A DNA stretch of 64,000 nucleotides from Clostridia bacterium (lineage in GTDB: Bacteria > Bacillota > Clostridia > UMGS1883). Numbering within the stretch: position 1 is the first letter of the stretch; each line of letters opens with the position of its first letter. Below the pieces are notes generated by a model. The model worked only from the letters and a program-made list of their open reading frames with translations, was not told where the DNA came from and did not search any database. This document shows, one piece after another, positions 53,671-63,514 of this stretch. The DNA is taken from positions 99,777 to 163,776 of the forward strand of contig JAFQQD010000031.1 in the NCBI GenBank assembly GCA_017411435.1, read 5' to 3'. Position numbers and translations under genes: made by a program.

Positions 53671-55503
53671 TCACAACCGTAATGTTCGCATAGCATTCAA
53701 AACAGCTAATACCATTACACCAACATCAGCAAATATCGCCGCATACATATTGTCAAAACCGAGCGTACTTAGTACCATTACACCAAACTTTATAACAAGC
53801 GATATTATTATATTCTGACGGACAATTCTCATTGTCTTTCTTGCTATCTTTATACTGTCATTCACCGCCATAAGCGAGTCGTTCATAATGACAACATCTG
53901 CTGCCTCTATTGCAGCGTCACTTCCAAGTGCACCCATAGCGATTCCTACATCCACGCAGGAAAGCACGGGGGCATCGTTTATACCGTCACCGGCAAAAGC
54001 AAGCTTTCCCTCTCCATCCTCTTTCAGAGAGAGCGCCTTTTCCACTTTATCAGATGGCATAAGAGATGCGTGTATTTCGTCTATCAGGAGTTTTTCGCCT
54101 ATGCGCTGTGCCACAAGCATATTGTCGCCAGTAAGCATTACTGTGCGTCTGATGCCGTTTTCCTTGAGTGTTTCTATTGCCTCTTTGGAATCGGGTTTTA
54201 TCTCATCTGCAAGGACTATTGCGCCGATGTATTCTTTGTCATAGGCAATATAAACGATACTTCCGGGCTCAGTTATCTGCGGTACATCTATTTTTTGTTC
54301 TTTAATAAGTTCGATGTTTCCCAAAAGAGCCTCTTTGGAGTCAATTGTTGCCTTGATTCCGAGTCCTGCCATATTTACGACATCGCTCACACGGGTTTTA
54401 TCTATTGCTTTTCCATACGCATTTATTATAGAAAGCGCAATCGGATGAGTAGAGAAGCTTTCGCCCAGAGCAGCTATTTCCATAAGACGCTCCTCGCTGA
54501 CACCCTGAGGCATTATTTTTGTAACGAAGAATCCTCCGCGTGTGAGTGTTCCTGTTTTGTCAAAAGCAATTTTATTAACTTTTGAAAGCATCTCAAGATG
54601 GCTTGAGCCTTTTATGAGAATACCTCTTTTTGACGCTGCACCGATACCTCCAAAAAATGAGAGCGGCACAGATATAACAAGCGCACAAGGACAAGAAACT
54701 ACTAAAAACACAAGCGCACGCCTTATCCATACTGAAAAGGAAGCTCCAAATGCAAGCGGCGGCAAAAATGCCGTAATTACTGCCGCAAGCAAAACAAGGG
54801 GTGTATATCGGCGGGAAAACTTTGTAATAAATTTTTCTGACTGTGACTTGTGTACCGCTGAGTTTTCCACAAGATGCAGAATTTTTGCAATGGTGCTTTC
54901 TGCATAAACGCCGCTGACACGGATTTTTACAGGGCTGTCAAGGTTTATCATACCGCTTATGGCTTTGCCGTCTACGCCAAGATTTACGGGGATACTTTCG
55001 CCTGTAAGCGAGGATGAATCAAAGCTTGAAGTTCCCTCCTCAATAATTCCGTCAAGCGGAACTCTCTCGCCGGGAAGAACTATTATAAGTTCGCCCTTTT
55101 CCACCTTTTCGGGTGGAAGCTTTACTTCTTCCCCATCACGCAGAACGGTTGCAAATTCGGGTTTTATCTTCATAAGCTCTTTTATGGATTTACGGCTTTT
55201 CCCAACGGCAATACCCTGAAAAAGTTCACCTGTCTGGAAAAGCAGCATTACCATAGCGGCTTCCGAAAACTCCTGCATGATTATGGCACCTACGGTTGCA
55301 AGTGTCATAAGAAATTCCTCGTCAAAAATGTTTCCTCGGAAAATTTTTCTTACTGCGGAGAGCAGCACATCATAACCTACTGTTAAGTAAGCTATCATCT
55401 GCAAAGCTATTTTTATGGTTATATCTGGAATAATTGCCCCTGCTATAAAAATGACAAAGGCAGTTATAATCCTTTTTAAGTTTCGCTTCTGGCGTTTACT
55501 CAT
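53671..55503 (-). CDS. Heavy-metal translocating P1B-type ATPase (Cd/Zn/Co-type). It lacks a fused N-terminal HMA domain.
   Basis: 610 aa. Transmembrane CPC motif (SCPCALVISVP), phosphorylation site DKTGTLT, and GDGxNDAP. Confidence 0.9.
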   Translation of the reverse strand: MSKRQKRNLKRIITAFVIFIAGAIIPDITIKIALQMIAYLTVGYDVLLSAVRKIFRGNIFDEEFLMTLATVGAIIMQEFSEAAMVMLLFQTGELFQGIAVGKSRKSIKELMKIKPEFATVLRDGEEVKLPPEKVEKGELIIVLPGERVPLDGIIEEGTSSFDSSSLTGESIPVNLGVDGKAISGMINLDSPVKIRVSGVYAESTIAKILHLVENSAVHKSQSEKFITKFSRRYTPLVLLAAVITAFLPPLAFGASFSVWIRRALVFLVVSCPCALVISVPLSFFGGIGAASKRGILIKGSSHLEMLSKVNKIAFDKTGTLTRGGFFVTKIMPQGVSEERLMEIAALGESFSTHPIALSIINAYGKAIDKTRVSDVVNMAGLGIKATIDSKEALLGNIELIKEQKIDVPQITEPGSIVYIAYDKEYIGAIVLADEIKPDSKEAIETLKENGIRRTVMLTGDNMLVAQRIGEKLLIDEIHASLMPSDKVEKALSLKEDGEGKLAFAGDGINDAPVLSCVDVGIAMGALGSDAAIEAADVVIMNDSLMAVNDSIKIARKTMRIVRQNIIISLVIKFGVMVLSTLGFDNMYAAIFADVGVMVLAVLNAMRTLRL

Positions 55504-55505
55504 AC

Positions 55506-55727
55506 TTATGCCTCACTGATTTCAAAATCTCTTTCTGTTTTTCTTCCTGCTTTTACGATTTCCTTTTCAAGACGGGCAAAATCGCCCTCTTCAGCCTCAA
55601 CGGTAAGAGTCTGCATGATGAAATTAAGCTGAGCACTTTTTACTCCGTCAAGTTTTTTTATTGCATCTTCAATTTTTCCTGCACATACTGCGCAATCGAT
55701 TTCTGATACTTCATACTTTTTAATCAT
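55506..55727 (-). CDS. Heavy-metal-associated (HMA) domain metallochaperone.
   Basis: 73 aa. ferredoxin-like fold (the HMA βαββαβ type) with metal site CAVCAG. Immediately upstream of the P-type ATPase. Confidence 0.75.
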   Translation of the reverse strand: MIKKYEVSEIDCAVCAGKIEDAIKKLDGVKSAQLNFIMQTLTVEAEEGDFARLEKEIVKAGRKTERDFEISEA

Positions 55728-55745
55728 AATAAATCTTCCTTTTCT

Positions 55746-56543
55746 TCAATCTGTATTAGAATAAATATAAAATAGTGCAAGTCCCGTAACAACTATTCCT
55801 ATCAGAGTAAATATGACACTTCCACTTATAGCGAGGTTTTCAAGCATCAACGGTGAAGTAAAATTGAAAACTCCGTGACAGACTGCCGCTGCCAGGATGT
55901 TTTTCGTTCTGTGATAAATTATTCCAACAAATATTCCCATAAAAGCAGCAAAAACGCTTTGGAAAAGGAATCCATGCGACACACCGAATATTATAGCCTG
56001 AATCAAAATTGCTGCCCATGGGCGCATTATTTTTTTCAGTTCACCCATAATAAGTCCGCGAAACAAAAATTCCTCAAACAGTGGAGCTACAATCAAAACG
56101 CTGAAAAACGCGATAGCAAAATCCATTCTTGAATAAAGTCGGGGTTCAACCACCGCAGATTCTATTATGGATTTTTGAAACACTTCTATATTTTGAATCA
56201 AATTGTAGTAAACTGCTACTATAAGCCTTGTGCCAAGAGCGGCAACTGCCGACATTATAAAAATCATCAGCGGAACTTTCTTTGTATGTATATATTCTGA
56301 AATATCTTTTTTCCTGAGTTTACATATCATAAGATATATCCACATAGTAACTATCGCGATTATAATTGAAAGTGCAAATGAGTTATCATTTGCACTTTTC
56401 TCAATTTCAGTCGCCGAAAGTCTGCCACCAAGTTTAAGGTAAAGTATATACATAAAATAGGTGACAAATCTTATAATTGGATATAACACAGCATACATAA
56501 GCGCAAGAAATATTCCTTTAACTCTCTTTACTGCACTCTTCAA
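55746..56543 (-). CDS. CPBP-family (CAAX protease/Abi) intramembrane metalloprotease.
   Basis: 265 aa polytopic. Motif 1 EEFLFRG and motif 2 FGVSHG. Confidence 0.8.
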   Translation of the reverse strand: MKSAVKRVKGIFLALMYAVLYPIIRFVTYFMYILYLKLGGRLSATEIEKSANDNSFALSIIIAIVTMWIYLMICKLRKKDISEYIHTKKVPLMIFIMSAVAALGTRLIVAVYYNLIQNIEVFQKSIIESAVVEPRLYSRMDFAIAFFSVLIVAPLFEEFLFRGLIMGELKKIMRPWAAILIQAIIFGVSHGFLFQSVFAAFMGIFVGIIYHRTKNILAAAVCHGVFNFTSPLMLENLAISGSVIFTLIGIVVTGLALFYIYSNTD

Positions 56544-56575
56544 CTGAGTTCTCCTCTTTCTTCAAGCCTGTTGGC

Positions 56576-57367
56576 TTAAACCTCTGCTATGATTTTCTTA
56601 GGACATTTTTCTGCGCAGACTCCGCAACCGGTACATTTTGAATAATCAATTACTGCGTGATTATTCAAAACTGTTATTGCACCTGCCTCGCAGTTCTTTT
56701 CGCATATTTTACAACCGATACATCCGACAGAGCACTTTTCTTTCATCTGAGCGCCCTTATCACATGACTGGCATTTTACAACATATTTTGTTGTCCTGGG
56801 TACTACTTCTATGAGGTGTTTGGGACAAACTGCGACACATTCGCCACAGCCACCACACTTTTCTGTGTCGATAACAGCAATACCGTCTACGATTGAAATC
56901 GCACCGCGGCAACAAACCTTAACACAGCTTCCAAAGCCAAGACAACCGTAGTCACACGCTTTCTGTCCTGCACCCTGAAGTGTAGAAATTGCACCACAAT
57001 CCTCGATGCCTGTGTAAGAAAATTTATCGTTTGCTACATCCTTTGTACCATTACAACGGATAACGGCTACCTTTTCTTCTACGGCTGCACTCTGCACACC
57101 CATTATCTCTGCAATTGCGTCTGCAACTCTCTGTCCACCGGGGCTACAAGCATTTATTCTTGCGCCGTCCTTTGAAATAGCGCTTGCATATGCGCTACAA
57201 CCTGCAAATCCACAACTACCGCAGTTTGCACCGGGAAGAACCTCCGTGATTGCTTCTGCCCTTTCGTCCTTTTCAACTGCAAATATTTTTGATGCAATTG
57301 CAAGCAGTGCTCCAAGGACAAGTCCTAATGCGCCCATCGAGAGCACAGGATAAATTATATCTTTCAT
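56576..57367 (-). CDS. rnfB: Rnf complex subunit B (ferredoxin-like).
   Basis: 263 aa. N-terminal TM, CGSCGFAGCSAYA, and several CxxCxxCxxxCP clusters. Confidence 0.9.
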   Translation of the reverse strand: MKDIIYPVLSMGALGLVLGALLAIASKIFAVEKDERAEAITEVLPGANCGSCGFAGCSAYASAISKDGARINACSPGGQRVADAIAEIMGVQSAAVEEKVAVIRCNGTKDVANDKFSYTGIEDCGAISTLQGAGQKACDYGCLGFGSCVKVCCRGAISIVDGIAVIDTEKCGGCGECVAVCPKHLIEVVPRTTKYVVKCQSCDKGAQMKEKCSVGCIGCKICEKNCEAGAITVLNNHAVIDYSKCTGCGVCAEKCPKKIIAEV

Positions 57368-57385
57368 AGTTTAATCCGTCCTTTC

Positions 57386-57988
57386 TTAAAAAGACATTCC
57401 CTGAAATCCCAAAAATGCCATGGCCAGAAGTGATGCACTGATAAGAGCAATAGGCATACCTTCTAATGCTTTCGGGATTTTTGAGCTTTCGAGTCTTTCA
57501 CGAACACCTGCAAAAAGTACAATTGCAAGCATAAATCCGACACCTGCGGAAAATCCGTTTATGATAGTTTCAATAAGGGTATAGCTTGTAGAACTTGAAA
57601 TAACAGACGCTGTTCTTACATTAAGAAGAGCTACACCAAGTACTGCACAGTTTGTAGTAATAAGAGGAAGATAAATTCCAAGTGCGCTATAAAGCGAGGG
57701 GATTGACTTCTGCAAAAACATTTCAACAAACTGTACAAGTGCCGCAATGATTACGATAAATGCTATTGTCTGCATATATTCGATGTTAAGAGGCACAAGA
57801 ATAAATTTCTGGCAAAGCCATGTCATAATGGAGGCAAGTGTCATTACGAATGTAACTGCCATACCCATACCAAGTGCGGTATCAAGCTTCTTTGATACTC
57901 CAAGGAAGGGACATATACCGTAGAATTTTACAAGTACAAAATTCTGTACGAAAATCGATGTTAAAGCGATTCCTATAAGCGCTGGCAT
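57386..57988 (-). CDS. rnfA: Rnf complex subunit A.
   Basis: 200 aa integral membrane protein. The RnfA/NqrE-family N-terminus ...VLVKFYGICPFLGVS is conserved. Confidence 0.9.
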   Translation of the reverse strand: MPALIGIALTSIFVQNFVLVKFYGICPFLGVSKKLDTALGMGMAVTFVMTLASIMTWLCQKFILVPLNIEYMQTIAFIVIIAALVQFVEMFLQKSIPSLYSALGIYLPLITTNCAVLGVALLNVRTASVISSSTSYTLIETIINGFSAGVGFMLAIVLFAGVRERLESSKIPKALEGMPIALISASLLAMAFLGFQGMSF

Positions 57989-58576
57989 TTATCTCTCCCC
58001 TTTCTTATTCTTGATGACATTGATTATTCCAAGAAGCACTCCAAGTGTAAGGAATCCTCCCGGAGGAAGTAACATAATTGTCGCAGGAGAGGTGATTCCC
58101 ACGCTGTGGCCGAGAATTGTTCCTGCACCGAGGATTTCTCTTATTGCAGAGATTATTGAAAGTGCGATCGTAAAACCAAGTCCCATACCGATACCGTCTG
58201 CTGCTGATTTCAGCACGCCATTCTTGGAAGCAAATGCTTCTGCACGGGCGAGAATGATACAGTTAACAACGATAAGCGGTATGAAAAGACCGAGTGATTT
58301 TGAAAGAGCGGGTATATATGCCTTCAAAACGAGGTCTACAATTGTAACGAATGTAGCAATAATTACAACATATGCTGCAATTCTGATTTTCTGGGGAATG
58401 ATTTTACGAAGAAGTGAGATGAGCACATTTGAAAGTGTCAGTACGAATGTAACTGAAAGCCCCATTCCTATACCGTTAGAAAGCGCTGTTGTAACCGCAA
58501 GTGTGGGACACATACCCAAAAGCTGCATAAAGGTAGGATTTTCTGTGATGATACCGTTTTTTATTGTCTTAATCAT
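57989..58576 (-). CDS. rnfE: Rnf complex subunit E.
   Basis: 195 aa. RnfE/NqrD family (LLGMCPTLAVT). Confidence 0.9.
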   Translation of the reverse strand: MIKTIKNGIITENPTFMQLLGMCPTLAVTTALSNGIGMGLSVTFVLTLSNVLISLLRKIIPQKIRIAAYVVIIATFVTIVDLVLKAYIPALSKSLGLFIPLIVVNCIILARAEAFASKNGVLKSAADGIGMGLGFTIALSIISAIREILGAGTILGHSVGITSPATIMLLPPGGFLTLGVLLGIINVIKNKKGER

Positions 58577-59118
58577 TTAGAATTTGCCTCCTTTACTGCT
58601 TCTTCAACAAGGGCAACAGACATTTCTATACCCTTTGCAATACCGCGGCTGCTCACTGTCGCGCCTGTTATTGCGGTAATCTGATTTGGGTCATCTGTTT
58701 CGTTTTTAACTACCTGAAGAGCAAAGTTTTTTCCCTTGAATTGTGACTTAAAACCATCCTCAGTAATTTTTGCACCAAGACCTGCTGTTTCACTGTGGCT
58801 GAGTATTTCAATACCCTGTACCACTGCGTTTATATCAAGACCTACCATCATAGCTATATCTCCGCCGTAACCGGTTGTAGTTACTTTAGCACAGTAACCA
58901 ATTACTTCGTCGCCTTTTTTAGCAGCCGATACATTTTCGTTTAATGTTACGAAAGAATCTGCATCGGGAATAATTTTCATCATCGCTTCTTTGGAAGCTT
59001 TCGCGTCTGCTTCTGCGATTCTGGGTTCTGTAATCTTATTGACGCCCGCAAGAAGAAGTGCCGCTACAAGCGTTATCATGCAAAGAACAGACGAAAGTTT
59101 AATAAATTCTTTTTTCAT
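58573..59118 (-). CDS. rnfG: Rnf complex subunit G (FMN-binding).
   Basis: 181 aa. N-terminal TM and an FMN_bind domain with a covalent-FMN Thr context (ITGATVSSRGI). Confidence 0.85.
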   Translation of the reverse strand: MKKEFIKLSSVLCMITLVAALLLAGVNKITEPRIAEADAKASKEAMMKIIPDADSFVTLNENVSAAKKGDEVIGYCAKVTTTGYGGDIAMMVGLDINAVVQGIEILSHSETAGLGAKITEDGFKSQFKGKNFALQVVKNETDDPNQITAITGATVSSRGIAKGIEMSVALVEEAVKEANSK

Positions 59119-60110
59119 TACTTACCGCCCCTTTCTTTTACATAGCCAAACGGCTTGGGAGCTGTCCACTTCTCAATAAGAGGAGTAAGAATATTCATAA
59201 GAAGTATTGCAAAGCTTACACCCTCGGGGTATCCGCCCCAGAATCTGATAATGCAGGTAATAACACCGCAGCCTATACCAAATATTACCTGTCCCCATAC
59301 TGTTGTGGGTGTAGTTACATAGTCAGTAGCCATAAATACTGCACCAAGGAGAATACCACCTGAAAGCACAGCTGCAAGAGGGTTCTGAACGCTTACAACT
59401 GCATTGTTCCCAAAGAGGAGTGTCATTACAAACACGCTTCCTACAAATGAAAGAGGTATTCTGATTGAAATTACTTTGCGAATAAGAAGATACGCAAGAC
59501 CTATAAGAATTGCAAGCGCACAAGTTTCACCGATACAACCGGGAAGAGGCGCGCCACCTTCAAAAACGCCTAAGAACTGAGTTTTCAGGCTGGGAGCTGC
59601 ATCCACCCATTCTTTTGAAAGGGGAGTTGCTCCTGTAAGAACTTCTGCCGTTTTGGGGAAGAGGTTAATCTTGTCCCACGGGAAGTTTGTGAGCGCAACC
59701 GGGAAGGATGCAAGCACAAACACACGGCCTACAAGCGCGGGGTTCATAAAGTTCTGTCCTATACCGCCAAAAAACTGTTTTGCCACGATAATAGCGACAA
59801 AAGCACCGATAACAACTATGTAATAGGGAACATTTGCCGGCAAGCAGAACGCAAAGAGCAGTCCTGTTACAACTGCGCTGAAATCCCCTATTGTGCGCTT
59901 CTGATGAGTGAGCGCTGTGTAAAGCCACTCAAAACCAACACACGAGATAACACTTACAAGCATTACCGCAAATGCACGCTGACCGAAGAGCAACACTGCA
60001 GCAAATGCCACCGGCATAAGAGCGATTATAACATCAAGCATAACATCCTGAATACTGTTTTTCTCTCTGATATGCGGAGTAGATGAAACTGAAAGTTTTA
60101 AGTTTTCCAT
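59118..60110 (-). CDS. rnfD: Rnf complex subunit D.
   Basis: 330 aa polytopic. RnfD/NqrB family. Confidence 0.9.
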   Translation of the reverse strand: MENLKLSVSSTPHIREKNSIQDVMLDVIIALMPVAFAAVLLFGQRAFAVMLVSVISCVGFEWLYTALTHQKRTIGDFSAVVTGLLFAFCLPANVPYYIVVIGAFVAIIVAKQFFGGIGQNFMNPALVGRVFVLASFPVALTNFPWDKINLFPKTAEVLTGATPLSKEWVDAAPSLKTQFLGVFEGGAPLPGCIGETCALAILIGLAYLLIRKVISIRIPLSFVGSVFVMTLLFGNNAVVSVQNPLAAVLSGGILLGAVFMATDYVTTPTTVWGQVIFGIGCGVITCIIRFWGGYPEGVSFAILLMNILTPLIEKWTAPKPFGYVKERGGK

Positions 60111-60113
60111 ATC

Positions 60114-61454
60114 TTATCCCTGCCTTCCCTTCTGTGCACGCTCACGCTGAATACCCATTACTTTTCTCTTTGCAATACGGATTGACTGTACAAGCTGTCT
60201 TTTTGAAGGACATCCGTAGCTACAGCAACCACATTCGATGCATGATGTAACATTGTATTTTTCGCATGCCTCCATATTGTCTGCGTTTGCATACTGCTGA
60301 AGATGAAGCGGCATAAGATTCATCGGGCAGTTTTTAACACATTTTCCGCATCTTATGCAGTTTTCTTCCGGAGGAATCTTGGCCTCTTCCGGTGTAAATG
60401 CAAGAAGCGCTGATGTACCCTTAATTACAGGAATATTAAGTCTGAACTGCGCAACACCCATCATGGGTCCGCCGATTATCACTTTTCCGGGCTCTTCCCT
60501 GAAGCCACCGTTTTTCTCAATTATGTAATCAATTCCTGTGCCGATACGCACATTGTAGTTAACTTCCTTTTCAAAAGGAGTTCCCACAACGGTTACGATT
60601 CTGCGCATAAGCGGAGTGCCGTACTTAAATTTTCTTGCAATAGCTGTACATGTGTCAACATTCACAACGATAACACCGACATCTGCAGGAAGTTTTCCAC
60701 CTGCAACTTTTCTTTTTGTAACAGCGTATATAAGGTGCTTTTCGCTTCCCTGTGGATACTTTTTCTTAAGAGTATCAACACTGATTCCTGTTCCTGCACA
60801 CTTTTCCTTCATAAGAGCTATCGCATCAGGCTTATTATCCTCAATTGCGATATGTCCGTTTGTAATACCGAATCTCTTTAAGATAATCTGAAGGCCTTCA
60901 ATAACTTCTTCGGGAGTTTCAAGCATTACACGGTGGTCACTTGTTATGTAAGGTTCGCACTCTGCCGCATTGATGATAATTGTATCAATCTTGCTCTTAT
61001 CCGGAGGATTGAGCTTTATATGTGTCGGGAATGTTGCACCGCCCATACCAACAACACCTGCATCACGGACAATACCGGGGATTTCATCAGGGTCTATTGA
61101 CATATAATCAATGGGCTTGATAGAGTCATCAAGCGTATCTGTAAAGTCATTTTCAATAATTATTGATTCAACCATCGTTCCGTTCCATACGGGACATGGC
61201 TTTATATCAATGACTGTACCTGAAACAGAAGCATGTATAGGCGCACTTACAAATGCGTCGCTGTCTGCTATTTTTTGTCCCATTTTCACATAGTCTCCAA
61301 CCTGTACACAAGGTGTACACGGAGCACCTAAATGCTGCTGTACAGGATAAGTAAGAATTTTTGGAACTTCCAGAATCTCTATCTTTTTTCCTGAAGTCTG
61401 CTTTTTGTTGTCATTAGGGTGCACACCACCCTTAAACGAAAGGTGTTTAAGCAT
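60114..61454 (-). CDS. rnfC: Rnf complex subunit C (NADH-binding, FeS).
   Basis: Start at ATG 61454 (MLKHLSFKGGVHP; RBS AAAGGAGAAGG); the annotated ORF extends to 61475. Two C-terminal CxxCxxCxxxCP motifs. Confidence 0.9.
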   Translation of the reverse strand: MLKHLSFKGGVHPNDNKKQTSGKKIEILEVPKILTYPVQQHLGAPCTPCVQVGDYVKMGQKIADSDAFVSAPIHASVSGTVIDIKPCPVWNGTMVESIIIENDFTDTLDDSIKPIDYMSIDPDEIPGIVRDAGVVGMGGATFPTHIKLNPPDKSKIDTIIINAAECEPYITSDHRVMLETPEEVIEGLQIILKRFGITNGHIAIEDNKPDAIALMKEKCAGTGISVDTLKKKYPQGSEKHLIYAVTKRKVAGGKLPADVGVIVVNVDTCTAIARKFKYGTPLMRRIVTVVGTPFEKEVNYNVRIGTGIDYIIEKNGGFREEPGKVIIGGPMMGVAQFRLNIPVIKGTSALLAFTPEEAKIPPEENCIRCGKCVKNCPMNLMPLHLQQYANADNMEACEKYNVTSCIECGCCSYGCPSKRQLVQSIRIAKRKVMGIQRERAQKGRQG

Positions 61455-61487
61455 TTTCCTTCTCCTTTTCATCAAAGTTTTCTCTTT

Positions 61488-62318
61488 TTATTTCAAATAT
61501 TTATTCGAATAATAAGAAAGTTTGAGTTGTTTTTCATTTGCATAAGTTGCCCTGATGGTTCCTATAACCGAGGTGTCCTCTCCAATGCTTTTGAGGTCTT
61601 TTTCAAGCTTCTGCACAACTGTTTCAACTCTTGAATCACATTCACTCTCAATAGCTCTTACAGTCGGAGTAAAGTGAGATATGGTAGCAGAGCGCGCATC
61701 AGCATCCTGGGGATGCTTCTTTATGCTCTCATAGTAATTTGCTCCCTGTATAATGGTTGCTTCCGCCCTTGCATTGAATTCGTTCTGCAGCTTGTAAAGT
61801 TCAACCATCGCGGCACTTATAACTGTATCTTTTGTTGCTTTTGGTTTTTCTGCTTCTATCGTATCTGCTGGTTTGTGTGGCTTTTCTTCTTTGTCGGGTT
61901 TATCCTCTTTCTGAGGTTTGTCTTCCTTTTCGGGTTTTTTAGCGTTCCCTTTATCTGTTTCTTTGTTATCCGGTTTCGTTTCTTTTTCCTTTTCGGGTTT
62001 TTTAGCGGATTTCTCTTCTTCTTTTATCTTTTCTTCAAATATTTTCTGGTAAATTTCGCTTACAGTAGTCTCTCCGGATTTAATCTGCTCTTTTTCTTCC
62101 TTCGTCATTTCACGAAGAGGGACATCCATAATGCTATTTACATCTTCAACGAGTTTTTCCTGATTTTCATCTCTGAGTTTTTGAATTTCTCCGGAATCGG
62201 AACGGAGTCCAAGCATTATACTTTGAATATTCTTCCATTGCCAGATAGCAACAGAGCCTACGATAACTGCGAGAATTATAAATATGATAAGTAAAATCTT
62301 CAGTACTTTTTTAAGCAT
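61488..62318 (-). CDS. Membrane-anchored protein with a Lys/Glu-rich low-complexity region. Hypothetical.
   Basis: 276 aa. N-terminal TM, then KPEKE/KEDKP repeats, then a C-terminal alpha-helical domain. No family recognised. Confidence 0.4.
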   Translation of the reverse strand: MLKKVLKILLIIFIILAVIVGSVAIWQWKNIQSIMLGLRSDSGEIQKLRDENQEKLVEDVNSIMDVPLREMTKEEKEQIKSGETTVSEIYQKIFEEKIKEEEKSAKKPEKEKETKPDNKETDKGNAKKPEKEDKPQKEDKPDKEEKPHKPADTIEAEKPKATKDTVISAAMVELYKLQNEFNARAEATIIQGANYYESIKKHPQDADARSATISHFTPTVRAIESECDSRVETVVQKLEKDLKSIGEDTSVIGTIRATYANEKQLKLSYYSNKYLK

Positions 62319-62349
62319 ATATTTCTCCTCCCTGGCCGAATTATGTTTT

Positions 62350-63477
62350 TTACAGTTTCTTTTTGAGCGTTGCCGTGTTAAATGCCTTGCCCATACCTAT
62401 AAGTTCAAGAGCCAGATATGCATTCTTTTTTGCTTTTTCACGGAGAGGAACAGAATCTTTTTGAAGCTCTTCACGAAGTTTCTCCCGGTTATTAAGAACG
62501 GTTTTAAGAATCTTTGCGAACTTCTCTCCTTCAAATTTTTCAAGTTCAATATAATTTTTTTGATTCATATACTCCATAAATCCCTTTATCTTAGGGTCGT
62601 ACGCTATTCCTGCCATAGGGACATTCATAACAGATGCAAAAATCAGCATATGAAGCCTCATCCCGCAGGCTATGGAGCATCTTCCGATTATTGAAAGCAT
62701 ATCGCTTACTGAAAGTTCACAGTCAATTATTTTTGAGTTTTCTTTCATTTTTGCAGCAACTCGCAAAGATATGTCAAGGTCTGTTTTCATCTGCATAGGA
62801 ATGAAAACGGGGAAATAACCCATCTGAGCGATGACATCAAGAGCATTTGCCAATTCTTCTTCGAAATTTTCACCTATTCCTGAGCATTCCCTTACGGACA
62901 CTGCAACAATTTTTTCTTCTTCATTTATGCCGTATTCTTTAAGTATTTTATCGGCGCTCTGCATTGGTGACGGCACAAGATTAAATGCCGGATCCGCCGT
63001 AATAACAACTCTGGGGTTTGTTATGGAGCACCTTTTAATTTCATCAAGTGATGTATTTTCACGAAGGGTTATAAGCTCTACCTCATTTAGCACCTTGTGA
63101 ACCCTTTTTATATTTTTATCTTTTATGGGGCCCATTCCGTTAGCATAGAGCATAACTTTCATACCCATTTTTTTTGCAAGGGATATCAAGCCCAGGTAAT
63201 AGATAAGACTCTTTGTGCTTGTAGCATCCTGAATAAGAGTGCCTCCACCACTTAAGAGGAGTTTTGCCTTGCGGAATTCGCGAAGTATTAAAAAGGGGTT
63301 CGTTCTGCTGATTGTTTTTATCCCATAAAGCTTTTCTGTCAGTTTTGCATTTCCCGACAATGCAGTAATCGTGATATCGGGATTTATGCTTTTAATGTCA
63401 CTTATAATGCTTTTCAGAAGTGCTTCGTCTCCGCTGTTGCCAAGACCGTAATATCCTGAAATTATAATATCTGACAT
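62350..63477 (-). CDS. csaB: Polysaccharide pyruvyl transferase CsaB.
   Basis: Start at ATG 63477 (MSDIIISGYYGLGNSGDEALL; RBS GGAAGGG); the annotated ORF extends to 63528. PS_pyruv_trans family. Consistent with the SLH-domain protein in this window. Confidence 0.85.
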   Translation of the reverse strand: MSDIIISGYYGLGNSGDEALLKSIISDIKSINPDITITALSGNAKLTEKLYGIKTISRTNPFLILREFRKAKLLLSGGGTLIQDATSTKSLIYYLGLISLAKKMGMKVMLYANGMGPIKDKNIKRVHKVLNEVELITLRENTSLDEIKRCSITNPRVVITADPAFNLVPSPMQSADKILKEYGINEEEKIVAVSVRECSGIGENFEEELANALDVIAQMGYFPVFIPMQMKTDLDISLRVAAKMKENSKIIDCELSVSDMLSIIGRCSIACGMRLHMLIFASVMNVPMAGIAYDPKIKGFMEYMNQKNYIELEKFEGEKFAKILKTVLNNREKLREELQKDSVPLREKAKKNAYLALELIGMGKAFNTATLKKKL

Positions 63478-63514
63478 ATAATTACCTGCCCTTCCGTAGG
63501 ATTTTAAGCCAAGG